DNA from: Mobula hypostoma
Lineage: Eukaryota
Direction of reading: 5' to 3'
Assembly: GCF_963921235.1 (NCBI RefSeq)
Contig: NC_086108.1
Location: forward strand, 1,116,001-1,180,000
DNA: 64,000 nucleotides
Positions within the stretch are counted from its first letter, which is position 1; every line of letters starts with the position of its first letter. Below, one piece after another: positions 49,552 through 61,894 of the stretch. The notes under the pieces were generated by a model. That model made no database searches, had not been told where the DNA came from, and saw only the letters and a program-made list of their open reading frames with translations. A program made the translations under genes and the position numbers.

Positions 49552-50127
49552 ATGGGAGAATGGATCTGCTCATGATAAAATGGCGGAGCAGACCCGATGG
49601 GCCGAATGGCCGACTTCTGCTCCTTTGTCTTATGGTCTTATGATATTTGAGAAATTAAACTCTCCCACCACAGCAACCCTGTTATTATTACTCCTTTCCA
49701 GAATCTGTCTCCCTATCTGTTCCTCGATGTCCCTGTTACTATTGGGTGGTCTATAAAAAACACCCAGTAGATTTATTGCCACCTTCCTATTCCTAACTTC
49801 CAGCCACAGAGACTCCGTAGACAACCCCTCCATGACTTCCTGCTTTTTTGCAGCCGTGACACTCTCTCTGATTAACAGTGCCATGCCCCCACCTCTTTTG
49901 CCTCCCTCCCTGTCCTTTCTGAAATATCTAAAGCCTGGCACTTGAAGTTGCTGATTTATGCCACACCTTGTGTCACCACTATAGTGTGGGCACCTCTGGA
50001 CAACGTCCACTATTATGTCCCACCCCTTGATCACAAACCAAACAAGCTCAAGTTAATTTTTTTCCCCACTTATGATTCAGGATAACTCCTGCTAAACTTC
50101 CACGTTAATTACCTTTTTAAATCAGAA

Positions 50128-51296
50128 TCTGAAGCCTGTCGGTCAGAGTCGACCATGAATAATGCATCTTAGCTTTCTAGATATGCAAGCCATATATAAC
50201 CATATAACCATATAACAATTACAGCATGGAAACAGGCCATCTCGGCCTTTTTAATCCGTGCTGAACTCTTACTCTCACCTAGTCCCACCGACCTGCACTC
50301 AGCCCATAACCCTCCATTCCTTTCCTGTCCATATATCTATCCAATTTAACTTTAAATGACAACATCGAACCTGCCTCAACCACTTCTGCTGGAAGCTCGT
50401 TCCACACAGCCACCACTCTCTGAGTAAAGAAGTTCCCCCTCATGTTACCCCTAAACTTTTGCCCTTTAACTCTGAACTCATGTCCTCTTGTTCGAATCTT
50501 CCCCACTCTCAATGGAAAAAGCCTATCCACGTCAACTCTATCTATCCCTCTCATAATTTTAAACACCTCTATCAAGTCCCTCCTCAACCTTCTGCGTTCC
50601 AAAGAATAAAGACCCAACTTGTTCAACCTTTCTCTGTAACTTAGGAGATGAAACCCAGGCAACATTCTAGTAAATCTTCTCTGTACTCTCTCTATTTTGT
50701 TGACATCTTTCCTATAATTCGGTGACCAGAACTGTACACAATACTCCAAATTTGGCCTCACCAATGCCTTGTCCAATTTCAACATGACATCGCAGCGCAA
50801 TACAACATGGAGAGCAAGCTGTTGCCCATGTAGCAAGCTCCCCCTCTCCACGCATCTGATGAACCCAAAGGAACAGCAGAGACCGATACAGTTTGGTACC
50901 AGCAGTGTCGCAGGAGTTGCCAGTCAGCGTTGAACTCAACTTAGGGACACTAGCTACGGACTTTTCCCTCAGAGTTTACTCCCACAGCCTTCCCCGAGAG
51001 TGGTATATCTGCAAGCTAGTCGAGGGTTGAGATCAGTTCTTCCTTCTCCATCTGAGCTGCCAATCACGGCTGATGAGCCCCGTCTGCCCGAAGCAAAGGT
51101 TTTAAGGCGCCAGTAATCCGCCTTTGCCCCTCCTGTCAGTAGAATTGGTTCAACTGGGCATAGTAGCGAAGCCACACATGAAGGCGAGGAGCCGGACTTG
51201 GTTGTCAGAGGTTATTTGAGTCACACGTCATTGTTTAATAGGTCATGGGAGCTTGTCCCCATTACCAACCCTGCCTATAACAACCTTAAGAAACCC
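50128..51296 (-). mobile_element. Second copy of the 33589 element, interrupted by a CR1 3' fragment (~50192-50790, minus, (TATATGGT)n tail)
   Basis: Shared ggttgttatag...ggtaatgg..acaagctccca...ctactgacaggag text; ORF 50279-50851 is a CR1 C-terminus. Confidence 0.75.
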
Positions 51297-51465
51297 TTAA
51301 TCAGAATCAGGTATATTATACCAATGTATAAGTATTGTTTAATTAATAAATTAGTTGATAAGATACACTGTATAAATATTATACTAACTAATTAGGGAAG
51401 TAGTCACGAATCGCTCTATGGAATTTCTACAGATGTACTGTTGAAACTATCCTGAATGGTTACAT

Positions 51466-51625
51466 TGTAGGTTTTTGTAAATAAAACCGTTAACAACTCC
51501 TTTATTATCAACCAAACACAAAAGTAAAATAAAACTTCACATCATTACATCATCACGTCAGAGCAGCCTCTTAAAGTGAACCCCAACTCACTTTAAGTGA
51601 GCTATGGAAGTTTCTACCCATTACA
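51466..51625 (-). mobile_element. Short solo-LTR-like insertion
   Basis: TGTA...TACA termini, minus-strand AATAAA, direct repeat TTACAT at 51460-51465 and 51626-51631. Confidence 0.6.
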
Positions 51626-52069
51626 TTACATCGCCCTACAAGCTCACGGCCTGATATACCAGTTCTGACGTTCAGGGGTGCAAGTGGTGGCAGCCTGCTC
51701 CATTGCAGACAGCCCTCCCCACCACTGACAGCAGCTACAGGAGACACCACCTCAAGAAGGCAGCATCTGATAAGGATGCCCGGCCATGCAATCTTCTCGC
51801 TGCTACTGGAGCAGGCCACCCGGCCCCTCATACTTGTCCCGTCACATGGACAATCAATGCTGGCTGCAACTTCTCTTCTGCATCAGTTCCCCATCATCCT
51901 CAATTCTCCAATCCTCCAAGTATTTATAAAGATCAGAAATGAGCTTTATTTGTCACGAGTACATCAAGTCATACAGTGAAATGTGTCGTTTGCATCAATA
52001 ACCAATGCAGTCCGAGCTTGTGCTGGCTTGAGTGGTGTCACAGCAATAATCATGCACTTAACGTCAACG

Positions 52070-52600
52070 TCAGTAAGACCAAATAATTAATTGTGGGCTT
52101 CAGAAAGGGTAAAGCCAGGGAACACACAGACAGCAGTTCCCATTCAAGGATCAGAAGTGGAAAGAGTGAGCAGTTTCAAGTTTCTGAGTGTCAATACCTC
52201 TGAAGATGTAACCTGGGCTCAATTTATTGACGCGGCTACAAAACGGTGGCTATGTTTCATTAGGAGTTTGAGGAGAATTGGTATGTCACCAAAGATACTC
52301 ACAAATTTGTACAGATGTACTGTGCAGAATATTCTAACTGGCTGCATCACTGTCCAGTATTGGGGGCGGAGGGGGGAGCTACAAGATCGAAACAAGCTGC
52401 AGAGAGTTGTAATCTCAGTCAGCTCCATCATGGGCACTAGCTTCCGGGAGCGATGCCTCAAAAAGGCGGCATCCGTCATTAAGGACCACTCCCCCATCAC
52501 CCAGGACATGCCCTCTCCTCATTGCTACCATAGGGAAGGAGGTACAGAAGCCTGAAGGCACACACTCCACCATTCAGGAACAGCTTCTTCCCCTCTGCCT
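52070..52600 (+). mobile_element. Rex1/Babar-like LINE fragment
   Basis: ORF 52091-52555: GSEVERVSSFKFL...LYRCTVQNILTGCITV. Confidence 0.8.
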
Positions 52601-52724
52601 GCACCATTTCTTTATTTTCATCCCCCTCCCCATCCCTATCTGTCCGGCTGCATTCTCCTCAGCTCCAATGTGTATTCTTCCCTGTTAACCCGAGAGTGAG
52701 GAGATGTTTATGCATATATCCAAA

Positions 52725-53320
52725 TGTAGGGTTCTCAGTAATACTCATCGTAATGTTAATTGTTAAGGCTGACAAAATGGCTTCTCTGTACTGTTACGGG
52801 GTTCTCTGTAGCAGCATGTTTGGGTTATAATTAGTGATAACGGGACTTGTATTCATTTGCTAGCCAATGGAAGTCATGTTATTCTATCTGTATGTGCAGG
52901 AACTGGGGGAGAAGTGCGGGTTTTTGGTGGAGGAGAAGAGGTCGGATGTGAGTCAAGCGCTCTGGTAGATCACTGGGAGTGACCCCAGCCGAGAGTCGAC
53001 GGAGTTCGAAGGAGATCGAGGGGAGGAAAGGATACCGAATTTCATGAGCTCCAACTAATTATTTGTGCACAGAACTGACAAAATTTACTGATTTGGCGCC
53101 TTTATTTTATTTGTTTCCACTAACCCATCACCGAGAAATAATTATAAAGTGTGATCATTTACTTGCCTATCGTGTACCAACTAATACTTTATGTCGTGGG
53201 CTTGTACCTGGATGCCATCACACAGTAGCCACACCAATGCGATTACAGAGTTGGCGGGGTCAACGCCAGTTCACCACAGACGCGGGACGAACGGGAGTCA
53301 AGTGAGGCATAGCCGCTACA
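52725..53320. mobile_element. Solo LTR (596 bp, probably Ty3/Gypsy)
   Basis: TGTAG...CTACA inverted termini and 4-bp TSD CAAA at 52721-52724 and 53321-53324. Confidence 0.8.
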
Positions 53321-54210
53321 CAAAGATTCTTCTGAGAATACGGCGTTCCCACCCGGGTGCTGCAATTTTCTCCCACATTCCAAAGATGTACCCCGGTCAG
53401 TAGGTGAATTGGTCATTGTAAATTGTCTCGTGATTAGATGAGGAGTAAATTGGAGGATTGCTGGGTGGCGTATCTCAATGAGACGGAAGGGCCTAGTCTG
53501 TGCGGTATCTCAATAAATAACATAAATGTGTCAAGATTCCAGTGCCCCAGTCTCCAGAATTTAAACTCACAACGTTTCGACTCTCAGCCAAGAGAGCATG
53601 GCCCAATGAGGCATGACAGGCCCCACGTTAATCACAACAAAGTAAACTTGCAACAAGAGGAAGTACTTTCACAGGAAGTGAATGCAGGTGTAAAATATTA
53701 ATAGTTATATCAAATACTATAATCAGGCAAACAGCAAATATTATTCCCTCAGCAACTCCTTTACACAACACTCTGTACGTCCCAGGCAGTTTTAAGAAAG
53801 TGACTTTCAAAACCCAGAACAAGAGAGGTAACAGAGCAAATGACAGGTCATTCCAGCCAGAATCTGGCTTTATGCTTCACTGAAAGGGGATAAGGTTCCC
53901 AGAGTTCAGGTACGGATGGCTGTAGGCCAGAGCTATTGGCCAGTGACTAACCTTACAGTCCTGGTGACCACTCTCTCTACCCTACAAATGGCCTCTGTCA
54001 ATTCTCTGCACATGTCAAGGTCCACATCCCAACCTGGGTGGGGGGGTGGGGGAGCGGTTAGGAGTTGTAATATATTTTGTTCCAGGTCCTCACACCAAAC
54101 AGGCTGCAGAGCGGCTGCCTCACAGCACCAGAGGCCTGGGGGTTCGATCCCTCCTCTGCATGTGTGTGCGATTTGTAAAATCACATCCCAGAGTACTGAG
54201 TACAGAATCT

Positions 54211-55030
54211 AGTCCCATCGATCTGCACCCAGACCATATCCCTCCATATCTTCCCATGTACCTATTCTTATATTAATCTGCTTCATCCCATCGACCCGCA
54301 CCCAGACCATATCCTCCTACCCCCCATGTACCTATTCCTATATTAATATTTCTTGTCCCATCGACCTGCACCCAGACCATATCCCTCCTACCCCCCATGT
54401 ACCTATTCCTATATTAATCTGTCTTGTCCCATCACCCACACCCAGAACATATCCCTCCTACCCCCCATGTACCTATTCCTATATTAATCTGTCTTGTCCC
54501 ATCACCCACACCCAGACCATATCCCTCCTACCCCCCATGTACCTATTCCTATATTAATATTCCTTGTCCCATTGACCCACACCTAGAACATATCCCTCCT
54601 ACCCCCATGTACCTATTCCTATATTAATATTCCTTGTCCCATTGACCCACATCCAGACCATATCCCTCCTACCCCCCATGTACCTATTCCTATATTAATA
54701 TTCCTTGTCCCATTGACCCACACCCAGACCATATCTCTCCTACCCCCCATGTACCTATTCCTATATTAATATTCCTTGTCTCATCACCCACACCCAGACC
54801 ATATCCCTCCTACCCCCCATGTACCTATTCCTATATTAATATTCCTTGTCCCATCGAACTGCACCCAGACCATATCCCTCCTACCCCCCATGTACCTATT
54901 CCTATATTAATATTCCTTGTCCCATCGACCTGCACCCAGACCATATCCCTCCTACCCCCCATGTACCTATTCCTATATTAATATTCCTTGTCCCATCGAC
55001 CTGCACCCAGACCATATCCCCTCCATACCT
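54211..55030. repeat. ~70-bp minisatellite (about 11-12 copies) derived from a CR1 3'UTR
   Basis: Unit cttgtcccatcgacctgcacccagaccatatccctcctaccccccatgtacctattcctatattaatat; flanks continue as minus-strand CR1. Confidence 0.93.
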
Positions 55031-55257
55031 CTCCCACCCATTTGCCCATCACACTTCCCTTAAGCCTTGAATTCGAACTTACATCCAGCACTTCCACCTG
55101 GCAGATCATGCCACACTCACACAACCCTCTGAGTGAAGAAGTTTCCCCTCATGTCCCCTTAAATATTTCACCTTTCACCCTTAACCCAAGACTTCTAGTT
55201 CTAGTCACACTCAATCTCAGTGGAAAAAGCCTGCTTGCCCTATCTATAACCCTCAGA

Positions 55258-55545
55258 CCTCGAAGGCGACCACAACCTTGTTGCAGGATTTAGAGGCTTT
55301 CGTGCTTCAATGACCCCAAGAGCAATGCTGGCTGCAGTCGGGGCCTTGTGCTTTGGCTCTTGGTAGGGTCACCCGTGTCAAACCGGTCCTCCAGGTTCAG
55401 GGGGTCAGCTCAGAGCTAGCAACCCTGACTAGTCAAAGAAGTTTTTTTATGGAAACAGCAATGAAGAATCCTCCTATACAGAGACAGAGGACCTTCTCTG
55501 CTGCCCTAAACGCCAGTGGTGTAACATGCAGTAACTAACTAACTA
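55258..55545 (+). mobile_element. Short RTE/Expander-5'UTR-like non-autonomous element with (AACT)n tail
   Basis: caaccttg...aatgacccc...tggtagggtcaccc.tg.caaac.ggtcct motif; flanked by a repeated ccctcaga. Confidence 0.55.
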
Positions 55546-55761
55546 TACCCCTCAGAATCTGGTGGAATTGATGGGAATGTGAGGACGAGCTGGTCACAGT
55601 TGGTGAAAGAATGTGTATTCTCTGGATTTGGCAGAAACGGCCTCCTCCCATGTCACAAAGGAACCATGGTAAACAGAGTCGACCTGCTAAACCTGCTCTT
55701 GGCACTTCAACAGCTCTGCGCGGGATTTTTCCCAGAATCCTCCACCAACCATATGTACACA

Positions 55762-56263
55762 CAGTGGCTCACTGCATAATGCAAATATCTAATCAGCCGA
55801 TCATGTGGCAAGAACTCCATGCATAAAAGCATGCAGCTGTGGTCAAGAGGTTCAGCTATTCAAACATCAGAATGGAGAAACAACGTAATCTCAGTGACTT
55901 TGACTGTGGAATGATTTTGGTGCCAGATGGGGTGGTTAGAGTATCTCAGAAACTGCTGATCTCCTTGGATCTTCATACACAGCAGTCTCTAGAGTTTACA
56001 GAGAATGGTTGTGAGAGAAAAAAAAAATTCAGTAGGTGACAGTTCTGTGGGCAAAAGATGCCCTATTAATGAGAGAGGTGAGAGGATTGCCAGACTGGTT
56101 CAAGCTGACTGGAAGGCAACAGCAACTGAAATAACCCTGCATTACAACAGTGGTGTGCAGAAGAGCATTCTGAATGCGCAACATGTCGAGCTTGAAGTGG
56201 ATGGGCTACAGCAGCAGAAGATCACACTGGGCTCCACTCCTGTACCTAATAAAATGATCACTG
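55762..56263 (+). mobile_element. Non-autonomous Tc1-like element with N-terminal transposase remnant
   Basis: CAGTGG start, tgtacctaataaaatgatcactg end, RNLSDFDCGMI...SETADLLG remnant. Confidence 0.75.
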
Positions 56264-56271
56264 CACGCATG

Positions 56272-56322
56272 CGTGTGTGTGTGTGTGTGTGTCTGTCTGT
56301 CTGTGTGTGTGTGTCTGTGTGT

Positions 56323-56365
<43 letters not shown>
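56272..56365. repeat. (GT)n microsatellite
   Basis: Direct reading. Confidence 0.97.
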
Positions 56366-56367
<2 letters not shown>

Positions 56368-56985
56368 CATCAGAGTATTGAGTACAGGAGTTGGAATTTT
56401 ATGTTGAAGTTATATAAGATGGTGAGGCCAAATTTGGAGAATTGAACAAGTTAGGTCTTTATTCCCTGGAGTGTAGAAGATTGAGAGGAGATCTGATAGA
56501 GGTATACAAAATTATGAGGGTTATCGAGAAGGTAAATGAAACAGGCTTTTTCTACTAAGATTGGGTGAGATTAGAACAAGAGGACATGGGTTAGAAGTGA
56601 AAGGAGTAAGAGGAACCTGAGGGGGAACTTCTTTGCTCAGAGGGTGGTGAGAGTGTGGAACGAGCTGCCTGTGGAAGTGGTGCATGCAGGATTGATTGCA
56701 ACATTTAAGAGAAGCTTCGATAAGTTTGGATGGGAGGGATAGGGAGGGCTATGGTCCAGGTGTGGGTCGTTGGGACTAGGGAGAAGTTTGGATGAGTACA
56801 TGGATGGAAGGGGTATGGAGGGCTATGGTCCAGGTGTGGGTCGTTGGGACTAGGGAGAAGTTTGGATGAGTACATGGATGGAAGGGGTATGGAGGGCTGT
56901 GGTCCAGGATGTATCGATGGGACCAAGTAGAATAGCAGTTCGGAACGGAATAGATGGGCCAAAGGGCTGGAATGTTCTATGACTC
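56366..56985 (+). mobile_element. CR1 3' fragment with an internal tandem duplication at ~56720-56910
   Basis: ORF2 C-terminus and ctatgactct tail. Confidence 0.8.
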
Positions 56986-57254
56986 TAAATGATTCTGATC
57001 AGAACGTAGGTTTTGGTTGAATTCTCAACAACACAAAACTTGATAGAGTGAAGAGGATTGACTATGGATACCGTGGGAGCCGGACAAACTTGATAGCTGG
57101 ATGAAGGTGGTGTGACTGGAATGTGTGAGGGTATGAAGTCTGTGGAGTAGGATATTGAGTTGGAAAGTATGGAAACAGACCTCTCTGCCCAACCGCTCCA
57201 TGCTTTCCAAAATAGATTACCAATGTAAACTTAGAAGTAAAGTTATCAGTAATT

Positions 57255-57780
57255 GCTACACCTGCACATTCACCTCCTCCCTCACCTCCATTCAGGGCCC
57301 CAAGCAGTCTTTGCAAGTGAGCCAGTCTGCTGGAATCACCCCTTGTGCCTGGTGCTCCCACTGTGCCCTCCTCTACATTAGTGAGACCTAATATAAACTG
57401 GAGTCCGCTTTGCTGAGCACCTCTGCACCATCCACCACAAGTGGGACTTCCCAGTGGACAAAGATTTTAATTCTCATTCCCATTCTGACATGTCGGTCCA
57501 CAGCCTCCTCATGCCAAGATGAGGTTGCCTTCAGGGTGGAGGAACAACACCTTATATTCGATCATATATTCCACCACCATTCTCTCTTTTATTCTCCACT
57601 CTGACCTTTTACTTCTCACCTGCCTATTACTCCCCCTGGGTCCTCTCCTCCTTCCCTTTCTCCTGTGGTGCACTCTCCTCTCCTGTCAGACTCCTTCCTC
57701 TCCAGCCCGTGACCTTTCCCTCCCACCTATCCTCCTCCCCCTCCCCCCACCTTTTTTATTCTGGCATCTTCCCCCCTTCT
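57255..57780 (+). mobile_element. Penelope-like element remnant including the GIY-YIG endonuclease region
   Basis: TSSLTSIQGPKQSLQV...CAWCSHCALLYISET...FAEHL, then a pyrimidine-rich terminal region like that at 37500. Confidence 0.75.
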
Positions 57781-58998
57781 CCCCATAACCTTTCACAACC
57801 TGACCAATAAAGAGCCTACAAACCTTTGCCTTCGATACACCCAGTGACCTGGCCTCTCCAGCCACGAATTCCACAGATTCACCACCCTGTGGCTAAATCA
57901 ATTCCTTCTCATCTCTTTTTAAATGGACGTCCCTCTGTTTTGATGCCCCGTCCTTTGCTTTCCTTCTCCTCCACCAAAGGAAGCATCCTCTTCACAACCT
58001 CAACCAGCCCTGTTGGGTTACCTTGATCCAAGCTCTCGGTTGCCGGACTGGATATTTTATATGCCCTGGTATCGAGTTTGATTTGAGAATCTTCCATGAG
58101 GGGCTTTAAGAATGTCTCACAAGCACAATTTCAGTGTTGTTGTGTGAGCTTCACAGTTAGCTCACAGCCCCTACATTAGAAGGTTATAGTTTTAAGCCCA
58201 ATACAAGACACAAAATGCACAGGGTTATGTATTGCACTGTACTGCTGCCGCAATAATGACAAATTTCATAAGTGAAGATAAACCAGATTCTGATATGGGT
58301 CTCTACTGTGGACTGAGAGTGGGAAGGGGGCAGGGAGAGGGGAATCATGGTTGGGAAAAGGGGAAGGGAGAGGGGAGGGAGCAGGAAGCACCAGAGAGAC
58401 ATTCTGTAATGATCAATAAACCAATTACTGGAATGAGATGACCCTGCCTGGTGTCTCAGGGCTGGCTGTGTCTGCACCCACGCTACCCTCTGCCCCTTGG
58501 CACTCCCTCTCTGCCACCTGTTCCACACCCCTCCCGTGACACTCCACTCTCACCATTCCCAACATTCTCTGTTCCTGCCAGATTTACAAATTTGCTTTCT
58601 GCTCTAAGTTGACAAATACAGTACTGTGTAAAAGTCTTGGGCACCCTAGCTATATGTAAGTGCCAAAGACTACTTAATTCAACCCCTTGAACGCGTCTGC
58701 CATCGAGTTTGATCACAGCTAATCTGTCACTTAAACTTGTCTTGTGTCTGTACTCCCTAGGCTATCAAAATACTGGCAATTGCACTTGTGAGATTGTCAA
58801 GCGGTTGTCACGCAGTACTGAGGGAGTACTACATGGTAAACTGTCTTCAGGAGTACCTGGAAGGTAAGATGAAGCTTCAGCTATGAGCACTCTTGCCTTG
58901 GACATCCCATCTCAAGTGCCACCTGTGAGATGTGAGCACAAAACAACACTGACACAAAAACTAGTGTCACTGAGTGTGATCGGCTGGTCAGCCAGCAC

Positions 58999-59070
58999 GG
59001 GTGAGGGTGAGGGTGAGGGTGAGGGAGAGGGTGAGGGAGGGGGAGAGGGTGAGGGTGAGGGGTGAGGGGA

Positions 59071-59117
<47 letters not shown>

Positions 59118-59141
59118 AGAGGGTGAGGGTGAGGGTGAGGG

Positions 59142-59190
<49 letters not shown>

Positions 59191-59665
59191 GAGAAACACA
59201 AACACCCTGCCTTTTCAATCTATCTACATCTCACATTTCCGGCTTCAACTTCACCAAGAATCGCTGGTCGATCCAATCAGGGAGGGGAGAGGGTGAGGGT
59301 GAAGGTGAGGGTGAGGGAGGGGGAGAGGGTGAGGGTGAGGGGAGAGGGTGAGGGGGAGAGGGTGAGGGTGAGGTAGGGGGTGAGGGGGAGAGGGTGAGGG
59401 TGAGGGTGAGGGTGAGGGGGAGGGTGAAGGTGAGGGGGAGGGTGAAGGGTGAGGGGGAGAGGGTGAGTGTAGAGGGTGAGGTTGAGGGGAGAGGGTGAGG
59501 GTGAGGGTGAGGGAGGGGGAGAGGGTGAGGGGAGAGGGGTGAGTGTGAGAGGGGGAGGGGAGAGGGTGAGGGTGAGGGAGGGGGATAGGGTGAGAGTGAG
59601 GGGAGAGGGTGAGGGTGGGGGTGGGGGTGAGGGTGAGAGGGGGTGGGGAGAGGGTGAGGGTGGGG

Positions 59666-59704
<39 letters not shown>

Positions 59705-59745
59705 ACGGTGAGTGTGAGGGAGAGGGAGAGGGAGAGGGAGAGGGA
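58999..59745 (+). repeat. (TGAGGG)n telomere-variant-like G-rich repeat in two blocks (58999-59191, 59281-59745)
   Basis: Direct reading. Confidence 0.95.
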
Positions 59746-59827
59746 GAAAGAAAAAAGAATTATTTCCTCTAGTGGTGGATGTGTAGCATAGAGCCCAGGA
59801 CTGAGATTGGGGGAGAAAGGGAAATAG

Positions 59828-60270
59828 CTTTATTAGGTATCACCTGTACCCAATAAAGCGGCCACTGAGTGCATATTCATGGTCTTCTGGTCATCCACTT
59901 CAAGGTTCGATGTGTTGTGCATTCATCAATGCTCCTCTGCACACCACTGTTGTAACACCGGGTTATTTGAGTTACTGTCACCTTCCCGTCAGCTTGAACC
60001 AGTCAGCCCTTTCTCCTCTGTCCTCTCTCATTAACAAGGTGTTTTTGCCCACAGTTTCTGAAATACTCAAACCACCCTGTCTGGCACCAACAGTCATTTC
60101 ATGATCAAAGACACATAGATCACATGTCTTCCCCCATTCTGATGTTTGGTCTGAATCTCTTGACCGTGTCTCTATGCTTTTAAGCACTGAGTTGTTGCCA
60201 CATGATTGTCTGATTAGATATTTGCATTAACAGCAGGTGCAGAGGGGTACCTGATAAAGTGGCCGCTCTG
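59828..60270 (-). mobile_element. Second copy of the non-autonomous Tc1-like element
   Basis: ctttattaggta...gtacccaataaagcggccactg and tacctgataaagtggcc terminal motifs; VGARQGGLSISET remnant. Confidence 0.75.
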
Positions 60271-60619
60271 TGTGCATCTTCCAGTGGTGGAGGGGGGGGG
60301 TTGAAGGACAGAGACCAGCACAGGAAACGTGTCAGCACGAGAGTCAGGAACGGAAGGGGTTATCAGAGTCACCAGTAGCAGGGGAGGGTGGGTCATTCTC
60401 GCTCAAACACTGACAAGGCTGGAAGGCTGAATGCTTGTCTAGTGCAATGGATTACGATACCGGGCGTCCATGAGCGGTGGGATGGAGTCTGTGAGCTGGA
60501 CGTCCCCCGATCCCATGTTGGCATTTGCAAGATTCTGTTGTGAAATGAGCACCATTTCTTCCCTTGGCCCGGCCCGCTGCCTGCTGCCCGCTGCCCGCTG
60601 CCCGCTGCCAACACACACT

Positions 60620-61045
60620 ACAGAGCAACATACACAAAGTGCTGAAGGTCAGACAGCATCTGCGGAGAGAAACAGAAAGTTGACGTTTCAAGCCGAGACC
60701 CTTCATCAGGCCAGGGAGGAGAAGGGCAGAAGCAACAATGGGGGGGCGGGGAAGGAGTACAAGCCGGCAGGTGAGGGAGGGGGGCATGAAGTAAGCGGCT
60801 GAGAAGGAATAGGTGGAAGAGGTGCGGGCTGAAGTAATCTGATAGGAGAGCAGAGTGGACCACTGGAGAAAGGCGGGGAGGAAGGACACTATGGGAAGGT
60901 GACGGCAGGTGAGGAGAGAAGGGGTAAGAGGGGATCCAGAATGGGGAATGGAAAAAGTGAAGGTGCTGGGAGGAGGAATTAACTGTAGGTTAAAGAAATC
61001 GACATTTATGCATCAAGTTGGAGGATACCCAGACAGAATATGAGT
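60620..61045 (-). mobile_element. Penelope-like terminal fragment with hammerhead core
   Basis: Minus strand reads CTGATGA-A-GGGTCTCGGCTT-GAAAC-GTC at ~60709-60682. Confidence 0.7.
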
Positions 61046-61894
61046 GGTAGATAGTCACAGGCACATCTAATGTTTCTGCCAGCTGATAATGACACAGGAG
61101 GAGGCTGTCTGGCCCTTCTACACCCTGCCAGCCCCAAGCCTTCACTCTCAGGTGCTCCAACCCCCGCTCCCCCCAATGGACAGATTAGCTACTGATCTTG
61201 AAACCTGACACAATTTAGCGAAGCAAAGATCTTGTTCCCCACCACAACCTGTTCCTGTACAGGTCCTCCCCCGGTTTACAGACATATATGTGGGTACGTT
61301 TGTACAATCCAGCATGTGGGAGACCAGTGAGGAGCCTCTGCTTGTTGCTGCGGGCAACTTCAGCCGGGTGGGAAGTCTCTGCAGCTGGATCATTGCCTCG
61401 TGCAGAACTTCCAGACATTGCGCAGATGCTGGAAATCTTGAGCAACACTCACAAGATACAGGAGGAACTCAACAGATCGGGAGGTTAATCTTTTGGGCCA
61501 AGATCCTTCATCGGGTCTGATTTCCCTCCATAGAAGCTGCCTAACATACTGAATTCCTCCAGAATTTTGTGTGCATGTTTCTCAAGACTTAGTTAGATGC
61601 TGTGGTTGAAAAGCTGGAGGGCAAAACTACACGGTAAAAAGGGAGAGTTTATGGGGTATGTGCAGGAAGTGTTTCTTTTTTGCACATACAGACAGTGGCA
61701 GGTGCCAGGAACGCACTCCCAGGATGTTAGTGGAAGCAAGTACAATGATGGCACTTCAGGGGCAGTCCTGAACAGGAAGGGAATGGATAGAAATGGATCA
61801 TATGCAGACTGATGGGATTGATTTCATTTGACATCATGGTCAACACAAGTATCATGGGCTGAAAGACACGTTCCTGTGCTGCACTGCTACAAAG

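Larger units (their letters stand above)
45598..49641 (+). mobile_element. Near full-length CR1 LINE (ORF1, APE/RT ORF2, 3'UTR) nested in an older CR1
   Basis: Intact ORF1. ORF2 (YLNARS endonuclease, FADD RT) is broken by a TGA at 47545 and frameshifts near 48550 and 49400. Tail tcttatggtcttat; 7-bp TSD GATATTT at 45591-45597 and 49642-49648. Confidence 0.95.
43200..49945 (-). mobile_element. CR1 host copy (43200-45597 and 49642-49945)
   Basis: ORFs 43315-44334, 44335-44757, 45143-45472 and 49630-50034; contiguous across the TSD. Confidence 0.92.

Noticed and set aside
58881..59791. PHPH/GEGE/RVRV ORFs, and an interstitial telomere interpretation
   Set aside because: Simple repeat; the unit is TGAGGG, not TTAGGG.
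60460..60540. Candidate upstream exon of the BCL11-like gene
   Set aside because: Phase does not fit the phase-1 acceptor and there is no BCL11 N-terminal or C2HC motif.
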